In this document: piece by piece, positions 13,270 to 26,819 of the stretch
Layout of the letters: every line of letters starts with the position of its first letter
Numbering within the stretch: position 1 is the first letter of the stretch
Assembly: GCA_028534125.1 (NCBI GenBank)
Contig: CM052842.1
Location: 3,782,001-3,846,000 of the forward strand
Direction of reading: 5' to 3'
Length of the DNA: 64,000 nt
Source of the DNA: Lama glama
Taxonomy: Eukaryota
The notes under the pieces: generated by a model
The model's database searches: none
The model's input: the letters and a program-made list of their open reading frames with translations, nothing else
What the model was told of the DNA's origin: nothing
Program-made: the position numbers and the translations under genes

Positions 13270-14782
13270 TGCTAAACACTCCGTGGGTGTCTCTTACTTA
13301 CTGTCCACAGTTACTCTCTGATATTGGTACTGTTTCTGTTTTTGCTTTACTTGGTGGAAACCTGAGACACCGTGAGGGTCAGTGACTTTCTGGGAGTGGA
13401 ATCCACGCCCCACGGCTTCCAGTGGCTGGCCTGGCCCCCCGCAGGACTGCCTCCTCGAGCTCTCAGAGAGGGGCGTGGGCAGGGTCAGCCAGGTCGGGCG
13501 GGGGCCTCTGGCATGAGGTCCGGAGTGCAGGCGCGGGGGGCTGGAGCCCGTGGCCGGGGTGAGTTCAGACCTGAGTGCAGACTCAGCTCATTTTCAGGAC
13601 CACGTGCACTTTGCACGAGCAGCAGACGCCCTGAGCTGAGCGTGACTCTGCTGAGACAGGGCGGAGAAAGCTGGGTGCCCAGGACCCTGGCCGAGGACCT
13701 CTGATCTTAAATAGAGGAGACCCGGGAGAGGCTGTGAGCCTGACAGAGACAGGAGAAGACTCGTGTTCCAGGAGGAGCAGTCCTGCTGCCGCGGGTGTGG
13801 AGGACCCTTTTGCTGCCTCTGTTTCCAGCCTTTGTCTTCACTCTGGGTGAAGCTTGGCACTGGATTTTGTGTGATCAGCCCCTTCCTCACTTCCTGTATT
13901 CTGAAGACCACTTGGGTGGTGTCAGAAAACACCTGGTTCTTGCATGAAAACGGGAGGAGAAGGAAAGGGAGAAGAAAAGCTCCTCAGAAGCCGGGACGTG
14001 TGATCCTCTGCACGTCGAGCTGCCCTGAGGCAAAGTCATACTTTGTGTTCAAGATGCGCAGCAGTGGGGCGGTCTTTCCTGATTGTTCTTGACAAGAGGG
14101 AGGTTTGGTTTTTCTTTCACAACCAGGACGTGGCAAGAAATCATTGTCTATTGATTTAAGCCTTATTTATTACAGGCTTTTATAGCCTTGATGATTTTTT
14201 CTTAATTTCCGCCCCATTGAAAGGCACTGGGTTTGCATCAGCCCCTTTGCCCCCACCGAAGGATTTCAACTCAGGGTGTCCCAGTCTTCAGGGCAGTGAT
14301 GACAGCAGTGAGTCCTGCATGGGTTAAGACCGTTCTTCATGGCTGCAGCCCTGAGAAGGGCACTTAGTCGAATCAATACTTCTTACCTGCTGAAGGATGC
14401 AGCTGTGTTCATCAGAGCAGCCAGGAACCACGGAGGTCACGTGAGCGCCTACGTTCAGGGCAGCGCCTGGAATTCCTTGGTCCTGTGGAGTGTGCTTTGC
14501 CTGGAAACCCTGTAGACGGGCGCCTGGGCCATGTGGGTTTGCTCAGGTCTGCCATAGCTCCCTGTTGTGTAATCACCTGTTGCCACGTTGATGATGTGGG
14601 TTAAAGCTGATGGTCTGGTCCAGGTGGCTGTGGACAGGCCCCTCCCTTGCTGAGGATGCATCCTTTACTACAGAACACTTACCCCATTCTGAGAGTTGGA
14701 AAACTGCCTGGGTAGGAAGTTCAGCTTTAAGGAACTTGCGTAGCTGGAGCTGTGCCCAGGGAGGCCGTCCTCAGGGCTTCCC

Positions 14783-15282
14783 NNNNNNNNNNNNNNNNNN
14801 NNNNNNNNNNNNNNNNNNNNNNNNNNNNNNNNNNNNNNNNNNNNNNNNNNNNNNNNNNNNNNNNNNNNNNNNNNNNNNNNNNNNNNNNNNNNNNNNNNNN
14901 NNNNNNNNNNNNNNNNNNNNNNNNNNNNNNNNNNNNNNNNNNNNNNNNNNNNNNNNNNNNNNNNNNNNNNNNNNNNNNNNNNNNNNNNNNNNNNNNNNNN
15001 NNNNNNNNNNNNNNNNNNNNNNNNNNNNNNNNNNNNNNNNNNNNNNNNNNNNNNNNNNNNNNNNNNNNNNNNNNNNNNNNNNNNNNNNNNNNNNNNNNNN
15101 NNNNNNNNNNNNNNNNNNNNNNNNNNNNNNNNNNNNNNNNNNNNNNNNNNNNNNNNNNNNNNNNNNNNNNNNNNNNNNNNNNNNNNNNNNNNNNNNNNNN
15201 NNNNNNNNNNNNNNNNNNNNNNNNNNNNNNNNNNNNNNNNNNNNNNNNNNNNNNNNNNNNNNNNNNNNNNNNNNNNNNNNNN
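14783..15282. other. Assembly gap, exactly 500 N
   Basis: N run; the fixed length suggests a scaffolding placeholder. Confidence 0.99.
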
Positions 15283-15861
15283 TGAGAAGTGTAATAAATT
15301 GAAAAACCCAGAACAACATTTGTGGAGAGAAATTTTGCAGTACGTATCAAGCACCTGAGATATTATTGTACTCTGTCAAGTAGGTCATACTTTGGGGGAC
15401 CATGCTACAGAAAGAAGAAAACTGCTAGGCATGTAAAATAACCTACTGTAGATTTTTAAAACAGTTATAAGATTTGTAAGTCAACAGAATCATATATATT
15501 ATGGTACCCTTTTGGGTAGAGTGTATGTAAAATTTATGAGCATTTAATGCCAGTGTGGAAGATAGAAAATGTTTCTATTACCACAATTACTTACTACAGT
15601 TACGTATGTATATGGTGTGTTGATTGACAAGTGCGTGTGTAGAGAGAGATGAAAATTTTATTTAGGTAAGTAAACGACAAATATAAACATAAAAGAAGAA
15701 TGAGACTAAGACTGGCTTTGGTTAGTGATTATTTTTCTTCTAGTTTTCTGTAATGCCAAGAAGTCCTCTAGTGAACACTCTTTGCTTTAACAACGGTGCA
15801 ATATAGTTTTCTTTGCTTATTTTTGTAGTAAAGAAACTAGATTTTTTTAAATGCCACTTAC

Positions 15862-15915
15862 TGGGATGCCAGGTAATCCAGAGGGGCCTTGGGGGCCTGG
15901 AGGACCTTCTTTCCC
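15862..15915 (-). CDS. COL22A1: COL22A1 exon (inverted contig, 6th of 6), 54 nt: GKEGPPGPQGPSGLPGIP
   Basis: Minus strand: atcttttAG | ggg aaa gaa ... atc cca | GTAAGT. Confidence 0.93.
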
Positions 15916-17436
15916 CTAAAAGATCCAAGACACAAAGCACCATTAGCTCTCTGGGACTAGCTCTCTGTAAGTAAGTGATCTCACCCAGAACTGGTCTCGT
16001 GGGGTGGAGGAGCCTCAGCGAGGAGCGGCAGATGCTCCAGCCCACCTTGCTGCTTCCCAGGCATCGCCTCCTGCAGGGCAGGGAGGCACCCTGGACAGAG
16101 CATAAATGTGCCGGCTGGTGTGCACACTGGGACTCATCCTGGCCTTATTATATGGACTCAGGGAGAACTAGAGATTGGGAGGCACAATGGGAAGAAGATA
16201 TTGGAGCTTTGGGGTCCACAAGATCTGGGTCAAGATCCAACTCTGCACTTTGTCCCCAAACTGCCTGAGACTCAGGACCCTGCTGACAGCACCGACCACA
16301 GCACCCGCAGGTGTTCCGTACACAGGATTCAACACAAGTAAAGAACTGACTGGGACGCGTGTAACGGGCGGTTTTGTTACTATGGCCCTCTTATCCAGAG
16401 GTCCGCAAACTTTTTACCATCAGTGGTCGCTCTTAGTATCCCTTTCCCCCATGAAATCCACCTTGACAGATTGTGTTTACAAAACTGCATTAATTACTAA
16501 TTCATTTCCCATTTTATTCACCAAAAACACACATCACTGTCAACCAGAGCTTCTAAATCAGATGAAATCATTTTTATCATGACGGGCATTTTCATACCAT
16601 CTTGTGTCTCTACCAGGAACATTTTAGAATTCCTGGTAACTTATAATTCCCTGCCAGTTTCTTTCGTAATAAAAAATGCTGATGTCAGGTTTTCACATTC
16701 TAATCCATATGCCACACAAAATGAGATGTTCTTAAAGGTTGTGACTTTATCCCCTCCGAAGAAAAGCAAAAGCAAGTAATTTTGATATTTATTTCAGATT
16801 TATAGAGAGTTTATGTATGGTCATATAAAGGTCCAATCAGGGGACAAAAATCACTTCCTTTATTAAGCACTAGTTACACTCAATAAAAACTGAAGTAACT
16901 GAATTTTATTTCCATATGTAAAGAAAATGAAAGATATCACTATCATATCTTTAAGGTACTGAGAATTTTTTGTCATAGACCCTTGGGAACTGATGAAGAA
17001 AGGACAATGTTTTAGGTTCACCACTGGTTTGTGAAAACCTTTTCTCAAAAGTATCTTCACTCTGCATATCCACGTTGAGTGGCTGCTCTTAATTTTTTAA
17101 AAATGAAATGCTGTGTTTATGCATTTGCATTGATAATAATTTGACATAACCTGCATCTCTGTAGACTTTTGTTGCATAATATTCGGGATTGTTTATACAT
17201 ACTGCCACTTACACTGGTGCGAAATAATAATAATAAAACAAAAAATGTTTACCCTCCCCCATATCCCAAATATCTGCAAACACATTAATAAAAAAGGTGG
17301 ATTTTTGGTCAACTTTGGCCAAAATTCCATCACCATTAGGAATTTTTAAATATTGATAACAGAGCTTCCTAGATTCCTTCTTGGATGCTCATTATTTCAA
17401 ATATCCTAGTATGGAAACACTAGTGATCTGGGATAG

Positions 17437-17615
17437 GAGGTAGCAAGCTCCAGCTCTCAGCCTGTTTTTGCAAATAAAGTTTTACCAGAACACAGCCTTG
17501 ACTGTTAGCGTACACATTTTCTGTGGCTGAGTCACCTTTCCATGGCAGAGATGAATATTTGCAACAGAGATCATATAGCCCATAAGACTAAACTATTTAC
17601 TGTCTAGATTATTTT
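17437..17615 (+). mobile_element. MER58A-like hAT MITE
   Basis: cctgtttttgcaaataaagttttaccagaacacagcc...gcaacagagatcatatagcc...tatttactgtct. Confidence 0.65.
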
Positions 17616-17649
17616 TTGTTCCCATCTGGTGAACTGAAGACTCAATAAG

Positions 17650-18230
17650 GAGTCAGTATGGTTGTTCCTAAACCTGCTTTCACAACTTGTTTGCTATGGA
17701 AATTATATAATTTAATTATTCATTACGTAACCCAATGAAACTTAGGCGGAAAAAGAATGATCTTTTTATGCAAATTAAGACATTGAAAATAGATAAAGAT
17801 GAGACACTCACTATCTAAATAAATAGATAGCTGTTAGCTGTACCGCAAGACAGCTATAAAAGATTAGCAAAAAAATCCTAACAAACTAGGATTCTACATT
17901 CAAATTGCTTCACAAGTGTTGATATATACTCAAACCACCCTTTAAAAAAGCAACAAATAGTAAATGGGTGGATGTTCTTTTTACAAGAAAATGACGAGAC
18001 TCCATTCAGGGGAATAGAAATAAAAATGAGGGCCTTCAGTGTAAGGCAAAAAAACTGGCAAACAATTTTTATGGTTTAATTCAAAATGCAATGGAAATGT
18101 TTTAGATTTTTGTGTGTACTTTTTTCTTTTTCTTTTTTTTTTTTTCCTATGCCCCATTTAACTTTCTTTACTTCTGTTTTTTAACTACCGACACTCATTT
18201 GTGCTAAGGAAACTTCTGCTATATTCTGGA
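17650..18230 (+). mobile_element. Tigger13-like DNA transposon remnant
   Basis: Degenerate transposase-derived tract (aaagattagcaaaaaaatc...ggattctacattcaaattgcttcacaagtgt...). Confidence 0.45.
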
Positions 18231-19631
18231 TGGATGTTAATGGTGAAATATCAGGACCACGGACAGCTTCAAGCACAGTCATAACTCGCCAGGACAGAAT
18301 CAATGTCTTATTAAACGTAGTTTAATTCCTAGGAATACAATGATTTACATCTGGGCCCTACATCTTATTCTCCTTGGGCAAACGGTCCATTAGTTTTTAT
18401 CGGGGAAATCGTTTTCTGTCTGAGAATCAATAAAAAGCTACCTGCAGTATGGTTTGTATTTTATTCATCCTGGGACTTCTAGGTGGGCTGCTTCCAAAGG
18501 ATTGACCAGACGATGATCGTAGAGAGAACCACATGTCTCTTATTTTTCAAATTTAACATCCCTCCAGTCCCTAACCCAACCCTCCAACACAGAGGGTCAA
18601 TGTGGAGTAATAGAAGGAATGCTGAAATGGGAATTTTCAAACTGACTGAATTCCCAACTTGGATATCAATTTCCTATCTGTCCTTGAATGAGTCACCTCA
18701 CCCACCAGACCTTGACTTCCCCATCTGAGTAGGAGGAGGAAGATGTCCTGGGTGATCCCTAAAGTGCTCTTGACCCCAGGGTCCAGAGACACCAAGGCAG
18801 AGTTGACCTGTTTGCTAGCAATAGCCCTACCTAGAACGTGATGCTGGGATTCCTGTAGAGCAGGGCTGGCAGCTGGCTCCAACATCTCCTCACCGTGTGG
18901 CCTTGAACTGGTAGTTTCACTTCCCTGATGCCCAGTTTCTTTATTTATAAAATGGAGATAATCCTCGTGATGGGACAGTCAGATGAGATAATGGACCATA
19001 TATTCCTTTAGGGGAACATGCATGTAGTGACAGTGAGCACATGCCTGCCAAACTGAGGTTCACCTTGGCTTTATGGTGTTGAAACCAAGAGTGGTCCTGG
19101 CAGCTTCATGCAATGAATACAGTGCTGGTTTTTGAGATAAAAGCCTTGGGTTTCAACCAGCTCCACCTGTGTGGTTTCAGTACCTTGACCTGTGACTTCC
19201 TCTTTCTTAATTTCACTCTGCTTTTTGAACAACTGGATAACAGTGGCTACCTCCTGTCTGACATGCTGCCTGGCTCCCACCACAGGCTCAGGATGGCTTA
19301 GCACCAACACCTTCTGCTTGCCTGTGCCTGTTTCAGATGGAAACTGCATTGAACAGGAATAGAGAGATGGGGTTAAACCTTGGGCCAGTTTGAACTGGTT
19401 GCAAACTGAATCCTGGAATCACAGATTGCTAGGTCATTTCATCCAAGCCTTCATTTCAGAGGCAAGGTAACCAGGGCTCTAAGGGAAATCAACCCCTCCC
19501 GTAGTAACCAGCGGTGCATAAACCCTGGGGATGTGAGCCGCAGGAGGCAGGGGCGACCAGGGCAAACTCTTGGGGTTCTGGGAAGGTCCAAACACAAACT
19601 GAAGGTGGATCCCATCCACTGAGGAACTTAC

Positions 19632-19685
19632 TGGGGGTCCTTGGATTCCTGGCGGTCCAGCAGCTCCCGCAATTCCATCTGCTCC
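19632..19685 (-). CDS. COL22A1: COL22A1 exon (inverted contig, 5th of 6), 54 nt: GADGIAGAAGPPGIQGPP
   Basis: Minus strand: catcctttAG | gga gca gat gga att ... ccc cca | GTAAGT. Confidence 0.93.
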
Positions 19686-20169
19686 CTAAAGGATGGTAAA
19701 GCAGAAAGCCGGTTTGTTGTGTACTGAACAGAGATCTTTAGCACCTCCTCTTTGTGTGTGAGGCAACGCACAGATCTTGTATCCTGTGCCCCTTCCCAGC
19801 TGCCTGAACCGTTCAAGTACTCCCGAGATGCTTCTGCCCTCCGCATCAGGCTGGGATAGCCTCTGGGAATACAAAGATGTTGGGAGGACAGCAGCCATGT
19901 TTCATGAAAGGCCAAAGCATTCACCAGCCCATTACCCACAAGACAAGAGTAAATGGTCTCCCTTCAGAGTGGACATTTTCAGCTAACATCAGGGAACATT
20001 TCAGGGCAGACAACAAGAAACAGGGCAGACAACAAGAAACAAACAATTAGATTTATCTTCTAGGGAGATAAAGAAGACAGTTGCTTGTATCAACTCAGGG
20101 ATAAAGAGATGTACATATAGATAAAGGGGAGAGGAGTTCTACACAGGTAAGTGGTGTGAAGTGAGCCCC

Positions 20170-20482
20170 AGACGTGCTTCTGTCCCAGGGCTCTTGCACA
20201 TGCTGTTCCTACCGCCAGTAGTCTAACCCTCCATGTGTCAGGGCTCATATGCTGCCTTCCTCCACGTTGTGACTCAGGTGTCAGCTTCTCAGTGAGACAT
20301 TTTCTGCCTACCAGATCCAAAACTGAATGTCCCTGCTTCTCACCACCCTTTTCTGTTTTTATTTTTCTGTAGCCTTTACTTCCATTTGACATCTTAGTGT
20401 TTATCACCTTATTTGTTTATTGGGAACAAAAACGATGCCTTGGAAATAGTGCACACTCAGTATTTCTTGACTAGATGAATGC
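20170..20482 (+). mobile_element. L2 3' fragment
   Basis: cccagggctcttgcacatgctgttcct...cactcagtatttcttgactagatgaatg. Confidence 0.6.
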
Positions 20483-23400
20483 TCGCTGGCCGGGTGATGC
20501 AGGCAGAGGCCCCTTAGACTAGCCAATACGTTGCTTCCTACTTGCTTTGATCGAGTGGCATGAGGCCACCATGCTTCGGTTTCCTTACTGCCCATGCCAC
20601 ATGGAGGTGGGGGGTAAACGAGGCACTTCCTCCAACGTGCTTAGCATGGGACAGAGGGCACCAGCGAGGGGCACACCCTCCCAGAGCCAGAGCTCCTGGG
20701 TCGGCGTCCTGGGTCCCCGCTGACTAGCTGTGGGGCCCTAGGGAAGTTATTTCACTCCTCTGCACCTCAGTTCCTTTGTGAAACAGAGAAAAAGAAAAAA
20801 GGCAGCACCTATGTAACCTGAGTTGTTGAGAGAACTCAGTCAGGTAACACACACACAGAGTGAGCCCGCACCAGGCCACGTTAGGAGATCTCCACAAAGG
20901 GCTCTCCATCATCCTAAGTCTCGTGACAGTGGTCTTCTCAGTGTGTCTGTTGGCCAACCCAAGACCAGGAAACTGCAGACAAGAACTAGACACGGGATAA
21001 CGAACAAGCAAGCTCTCACAGCACTTCACTGATACCTTTCCAGCAGTCTGTAGTCATTTTACCTACACTTATTGGGCTCCTATGTTGTACCAGGTGCTGG
21101 CAAAGGTTTAGGGATACAGAAATGACCACACGGTGGTCTTAGACCTCAAAGAAACTTGGTATAGCTGAAGGAGAAGTGTCTTAATTTTCATGTAAAACAA
21201 ATCCTGGAGACAAGATGCAGTCTGATTTGCCTCCATGCTTTTCACTAGGTGATGACCCAGCAAAAGTTCATGAAACAAAAAGATGTTGATAATATTTAAA
21301 CAAACGGCCTACAAGGTTCGTGTTTCCCTGTACCTGGGCTGCTGCAAAGGAAAATCACACATCTAGTCCAAACCTAACGGAACAATCGAGCTTCTACTCC
21401 TAACCTGGATTCTTCTACGTAATTTTGCCGAAAGCTTCTGGCATCCTGGACTCTGGAATCTAGCTAAACTAGCAGGTTAGAAACAGGGTAAGGGTTTTAC
21501 CTGGAAGAAGAATGCAGACTGAGCACCAGAAAATAGACTACCAAAGAAAGGAGCTTTGTCTGTTGGCATCGCTATCTAACACACAATAAACACTCAAAAA
21601 ACAATGCATGAATGATGAAGAGTGGTCATTTCCTGCTCTTGAGTTCCTATTGCATGGCTGACCCCTAACCCTGAGTGGGCAGCTGACTCAGCGTCTATTC
21701 CCAAGGGCAGTTAACAGTCCAAGGCAGGGCACAAAGTGGAAGCTCATACACATCTGCCTGGTGCTGAAAGAACACACCAACCAGCTGAAGGCAGACAAGC
21801 TGGCTTCTGCTTGTGACTGTGAATCTCAGATTCGTCATCAAACAGGAGAATAAGCCATTTGCTACTGTTGTCATCAGAGTTCGAAGTCGCGGCAGCTCCC
21901 AACGGGAAGAGAACAGGGCTCCACTTGGGCTGGGATGTGTTTTAGGCTTTGGAGCTACCAGGGTGGGAAGAGGATGGGGCTTTAACTCAGTACTTTTTAT
22001 GAGCTCTTCAGCTGCTTGGCTGTGCAGGGAAGCTACAGCCATCATGGTATGAAATGAGTCATTCAAGAACCGGGCTTTTTTATATGCTAGTATTTCCCTC
22101 TCAAATGTCCCTTCCTCACTTCATGCCGATGCCTTTTCCCGCTATCGGTACTGCTGCCATCTTGATCAGTCTTTCTCTTTGCGGATCAGATGCCACAAAA
22201 TCCAGTAACACACACAAACACAGTGCAAAGAAATTCCCTGCATGAAATTACACATTTTGAAACATATGCAGAATTTCACAAAATCAAACGATAGCAAACG
22301 GATCATTTCCCTACCAGGTCATTCACAAATGTGCAGACGGCAGAGTTGGAACAGTTAAGACCTGAGGCCGAGAAACTGAAAAGGATGTTAACAGCAAAGG
22401 CACTAGAAAGAGGGGGATGGAACGAGCTGAACATGAGAGATCTCAGGCAGGCTCTGTGGGCAACTCGGAAAGCTTCAATACTTTTGTAGACGATTTACCT
22501 TTCCACGATTTTGGTGGAAAAATCTGTCATGAACTGAAAGATGTTGTTTCATGTTCTCATGATTTTATTGAAAAAAAATACACTTAAAACAACTTGATTT
22601 ATTTTAAGAATTAACACATAGTTACAATTAGTAGCCAACTAGACGCCGTTGAAAAGGAGACACAGCAAGCTTAATTTCATACATTCTAACTTCACGATCC
22701 TTCATTATTTACGACAGGCTGGTCCCTATCTGAAGCAGGTTCCCTTTCAGGGTCCTTTAGCCATTACCAGTGACCTCTTCTCTGCAAGGTCTGGGAGACC
22801 AGGGCTCCTGAAGAACCCATGGGAAACCCCAGGGGACCAGGCCTGGCTTGGTGAGGATGCTAATTCCCACAGCCCGTTACCATGGCTACCGCGGGTAACC
22901 ACCACAGTGGACCGAGCAGAGGAGGGACAAGAGTAACCCGTGGGCCGCCTAGACCAAAGGGAGGCAAGGTTGCTGAGAAGAGCATCAGTCAACATCAGCA
23001 CCACGGCCACTCTAAGAGCAAGGAGAACACTTGCCCTGGGGGGTGGGGTGGGGCAGGGGAATAAATGGGGTGATACTATGGTGGTTGCAGATACACTGAT
23101 AACAAGGGCCTTAGAATGCTAATGAATGAACTGTTGAAAATAGTCATGCTGCACAGTAATAATAATCCGTAGTTATTATTACTGTTATCAATTATAGTAA
23201 ATCCAAGCAAGTCTGAGCTTGCATAAACACCCTGTGATTCCCAGAGCCTCTTACTATGGGACAGGTTTCTATGGGAGAGGGACAGTTGCTTCTCCATTTC
23301 TTACCTAAGATTCTAACCTTGGAATTATCCCCAACTCCCCCCTCCCAAGCTGGATAAAGAATAGTAAGTCGATCCTGTCCATCCCTTCCAAAGCCTCCCG

Positions 23401-23625
23401 TCCCAGGAGCATTCTAATTACACTGTCCCTCAATGCTGCTCAAGACCCTCCGTGCTCACCCCACATGCCTCTGGGACTGCACTTCCAGTTCACCCCTGGA
23501 CACCTCTCAGGTCAGCCCAATCTTTCAAATAAGAGGTACGTCAAGGTGACCGCACCTCCAGTGAGTGTGGACGTGTGTACTGATGACAAGGCCAAAAGAG
23601 GAAGGGATTAAAAATAATTACTTAC

Positions 23626-23679
23626 CAGTGGCCCTGGGTTCCCTGGGGGCCCCATGAAACCTGGAACTCCTGGATGACC
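23626..23679 (-). CDS. COL22A1: COL22A1 exon (inverted contig, 4th of 6), 54 nt: GHPGVPGFMGPPGNPGPL
   Basis: Minus strand: gttttcctAG | ggt cat cca ... cca ctg | GTAAGT. Confidence 0.93.
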
Positions 23680-24436
23680 CTAGGAAAACACAAAGCAATT
23701 CTTTTAAATGATTCGTAAAAAGCTTTTCACTTATGAAAAGTGAAGTTTTTCACTTTCAGACAACAAGCCAGAATCTATCTTCTAACTCAGATAACAACCC
23801 TGGAGATACATACTTTTATGTATTTCAGTAGGTGGTTGAGGAAGTATCTAACAGTGCTTACAAAACCAAACCTATCCTGGACCTGGATCTGCTTCACAAT
23901 GATGTGGAGGAAGCAGGTGTGGGGGAAGCGGTGAAGGGTACAGAGGGACAGAGGAGTGGCCCCAGAGCTGGAGGGCGCTGTGCCTGGGCGACAAGTGCCA
24001 GGCGGACACATTTTATTACACTCTCTTCTTTTTATGTACGTTTGAAGTATCCCATAGCGAAAATTTAAAACAAATAAATACATGCACACACCATTTATAT
24101 CCACAATGGAAACTGTTAGGTTAACTGAACGACAGAATCTATGAACCTATTACAGTTATTATAAGAGATTCATGTCCCCACGTGGAGAGGAGTCCACGTG
24201 TATTACAGGATGAGCCACACCGGCTACAGGGCAGAGTGCACCGCGTCTCACGTTTAGCTTAGCACAACAATGTTATAAAAGCGAACAAACCACCATGAAA
24301 GAAGTGATTCTCCTGAGTCCCCCCCATCCCTCCGCAGGGAAACACAAGCTGCAGTGACGCTCAGCAGAGAAGCACTGCCGTTCACAACTCCCTCCTATAA
24401 GAATAACCCAAACACATGTTGTTTTTCAAGATACAG

Positions 24437-24932
24437 ACGGAACTCTAGCCGAGTCTGTCGTTCCGACCTTGCGCGCAGCTCTGATGGCACCGCCTCCGCG
24501 CCTCCGCTCGCGCGCCCCGCCCCCTCCGGTAAGTGAGGCCGGGTTCGCGCGTTACTCGCCCCGCATCGCAGAGCCCGGGGCGGCGCCAGCGCGGGGCGCC
24601 CACTGAGACGGACGGAAGGCTCAGAAGGAAGGAGGAAGGCCAGGCGGGAGGAGGGAAGGAAAAGCAAAGCGGGGAAGGAGTGGCAGCAGCACAGCCCAAG
24701 CACCACAGCCAGTCTGAGTGCAGGAAGGCCGCTAGCGGCTGAGCAGCGGCGCTGCGGGGTGAGCGGCGGCGGCGCCCCGGGCTGGACGGGAGCCGCGCTC
24801 GGCGCGAGGCGGCGCAGCACGTCAAGGTCAGCGGCGCCCCCCCGAGGCCCCGGGAGGAGAGGCCCCAGCGGGGAGGGGGTCTGCGAAGCTCTCGGCTGCA
24901 GACGGGGGAGTCTCGCGGGAGGCAAGAAGGGG
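24437..24932. promoter_or_regulatory. Intronic CpG-island-like segment (~500 bp)
   Basis: Very GC- and CpG-dense block with a GC box (24514-24523), set abruptly in an AT-rich intron. Confidence 0.7.
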
Positions 24933-25234
24933 CATTTGGCATTTTGTGATGAATGACCACCATCTCAGTGAGCAAGAAGCTCTGAACGAGCACAACATTT
25001 TAAAACATTTTTTTAAAGAAATGACAAGACAGGATCCTCAGATAATGGGGGAAGGGGAGTGTGCCAGTGAACCAAGGTGGAAACCACAAAAACATGATTA
25101 AAAAAAATCCTACCGAAGACAAGAGGCAAGAAATGATTTCAGAAATGAATTTGGTGATCTGGGAATAAAAGTTACCTAGAAAAAACAGTGATGTTTCTTC
25201 AGGGTGGATGGTTCCTCATAAAATAAGTTTTTAC

Positions 25235-25288
25235 CTGATCGCCTTTCTGCCCAGTCTCACCATCTGCACCACGCTCTCCTTTACTTCC
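25235..25288 (-). CDS. COL22A1: COL22A1 exon (inverted contig, 3rd of 6), 54 nt: GSKGERGADGETGQKGDQ
   Basis: Minus strand: tttttctcctaAG | gga agt aaa ... gat cag | GTAAAA. Confidence 0.93.
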
Positions 25289-25799
25289 CTTAGGAGAAAA
25301 AAAGAAAGAAGGACCATTACTGAAAATCTGGCTAGAGCTTACCTTGCAAAAGAAAAATTTTGGCATTACATCCTTCCACTTAATCAATCACTCATTCTTC
25401 ATTAGTCTCTTGTCAAGACAGTGCTGCAGGCCAGGCAGGATGTCAGCAGATGAGAACAGTTAGGCCTAGTTGAGGGACTGTTGGTGCAATGGCTTAATTG
25501 GGCTGTAGGGGGCAGGATGGGATCAGCAGAAAATGGGGCTGGGGATCCAGGCAAAGCCCACTTCACTGACAATCTTTTGTGTCAGCCCGAGAATCTGAAT
25601 TTACTTGTAGGCTCTGGAAACCAGCAGAAGGATGTAGGACCACCCTAGGCTTCAGGAGGGTGCCTCAAGCTGCGGTGCAGGGTGGGCTAGAAGGTCCAGG
25701 ATGAAGAGATGGGGTCAGTTAGGAGGAAACTGGGATGTTACAAGTGTGGGAAGGAAAGGAGCAGAGTCAACACGGTGTCTGTGGGCATCGCAGAGTAGA

Positions 25800-25916
25800 C
25801 CAGCACCACCACCGCCCCCTCCTCCTCGTCACCACCGTCACCACATCGCTCACCCCCAGCACCACTACCGCCCCCTCCTCCTCACATCATCATCATCTTC
25901 ATCATCACAGTCATCA
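25800..25916. repeat. Degenerate (CAC/CCT/CAT)n low-complexity tract
   Basis: caccaccaccgcc...cctcctcctc...catcatcatcat. Confidence 0.8.
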
Positions 25917-26819
25917 AGACACCACGTGCAACCTACCAAAATTATAGTTTCACAGACCAACTCGAAGTAATATTCAAAGGTTCCAATCTATCTTAATGGT
26001 CACCTATTTGGCCCCATGTTTCCCATGCTAACAAGTGTATTTCAGTAAAATGCTATTAAACAAAAACATCCCAGTTCCTTTAAAAGAATGCACTACGCAG
26101 TAGAAGAAGTCACTGGGGGTTAGCCGCCTTGGCTCTGGTGCCAGGCCCGGCATCCCTTGTCTTTGCGGCTTGCAGAAGATTATGCTCTTTCTTCACTCTG
26201 TTCATCCGGTAAATGAAGGATAGGGGTGTATGTCAATCTATGAAGGTCCTTCCAGCTCCAGAACCCGACAGTTCTCTCACTGAAACATCACACCCACCCT
26301 CTTCCCATCCCGACTGCGGTACCACATCAGCAGTTCATGGGGACAGTGACTACCGAACAGCACGCTGGCTGCCCCCCTGCAGTGTACCGTGATGGTTAGG
26401 TGATCTCGTGCCTGCAGAGCGCCAAGTGCTGTTGTTTAGAGGAGAAAAGCAGTAGGTTCAGAGGGGAAGAGCATTTATTCCAACATGTTTGCATGTAATT
26501 ATTTCTACTGTTTTTAAGTCGATAAAGCCAGCACACTGTCTGCAGCCACTTTGTAATTTCAACGAAAAGCAGTGACATAGAACAGCACACTGGTTCTCTG
26601 ACATTAAGGACAATTGCCTTAAAAGTAAATGGTTTTCTTTCAATTTCCAGCCCTCAGTTTGGCCTTAGAGTGGTTTCAACCCTCATCTAACAACTAAAAT
26701 GTCAGCAGCTCAAGGCTGGCCACAGTTGTCCTTGTCTCCTCCACCGCAGCTGGGAATCAGCACAAACACGGCCACCCCCAAGCCTGACTCAATTCCTTCC
26801 AGAAAAGAGGGCTGACATT

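Noticed and set aside
14610-15354. Long ORFs spanning the first gap (and 32365-33179 at the second)
   Set aside because: Artefacts of translating N runs.
24395-24993. 176-aa and 182-aa ORFs over the CpG-rich segment as a retrogene
   Set aside because: Stop-poor because of high GC content, with no recognisable protein similarity. The segment is reported as non-coding instead.
25289-25291. AAG acceptor of exon 25235-25288
   Set aside because: Uncommon but well within normal U2 acceptors, with a strong pyrimidine tract.
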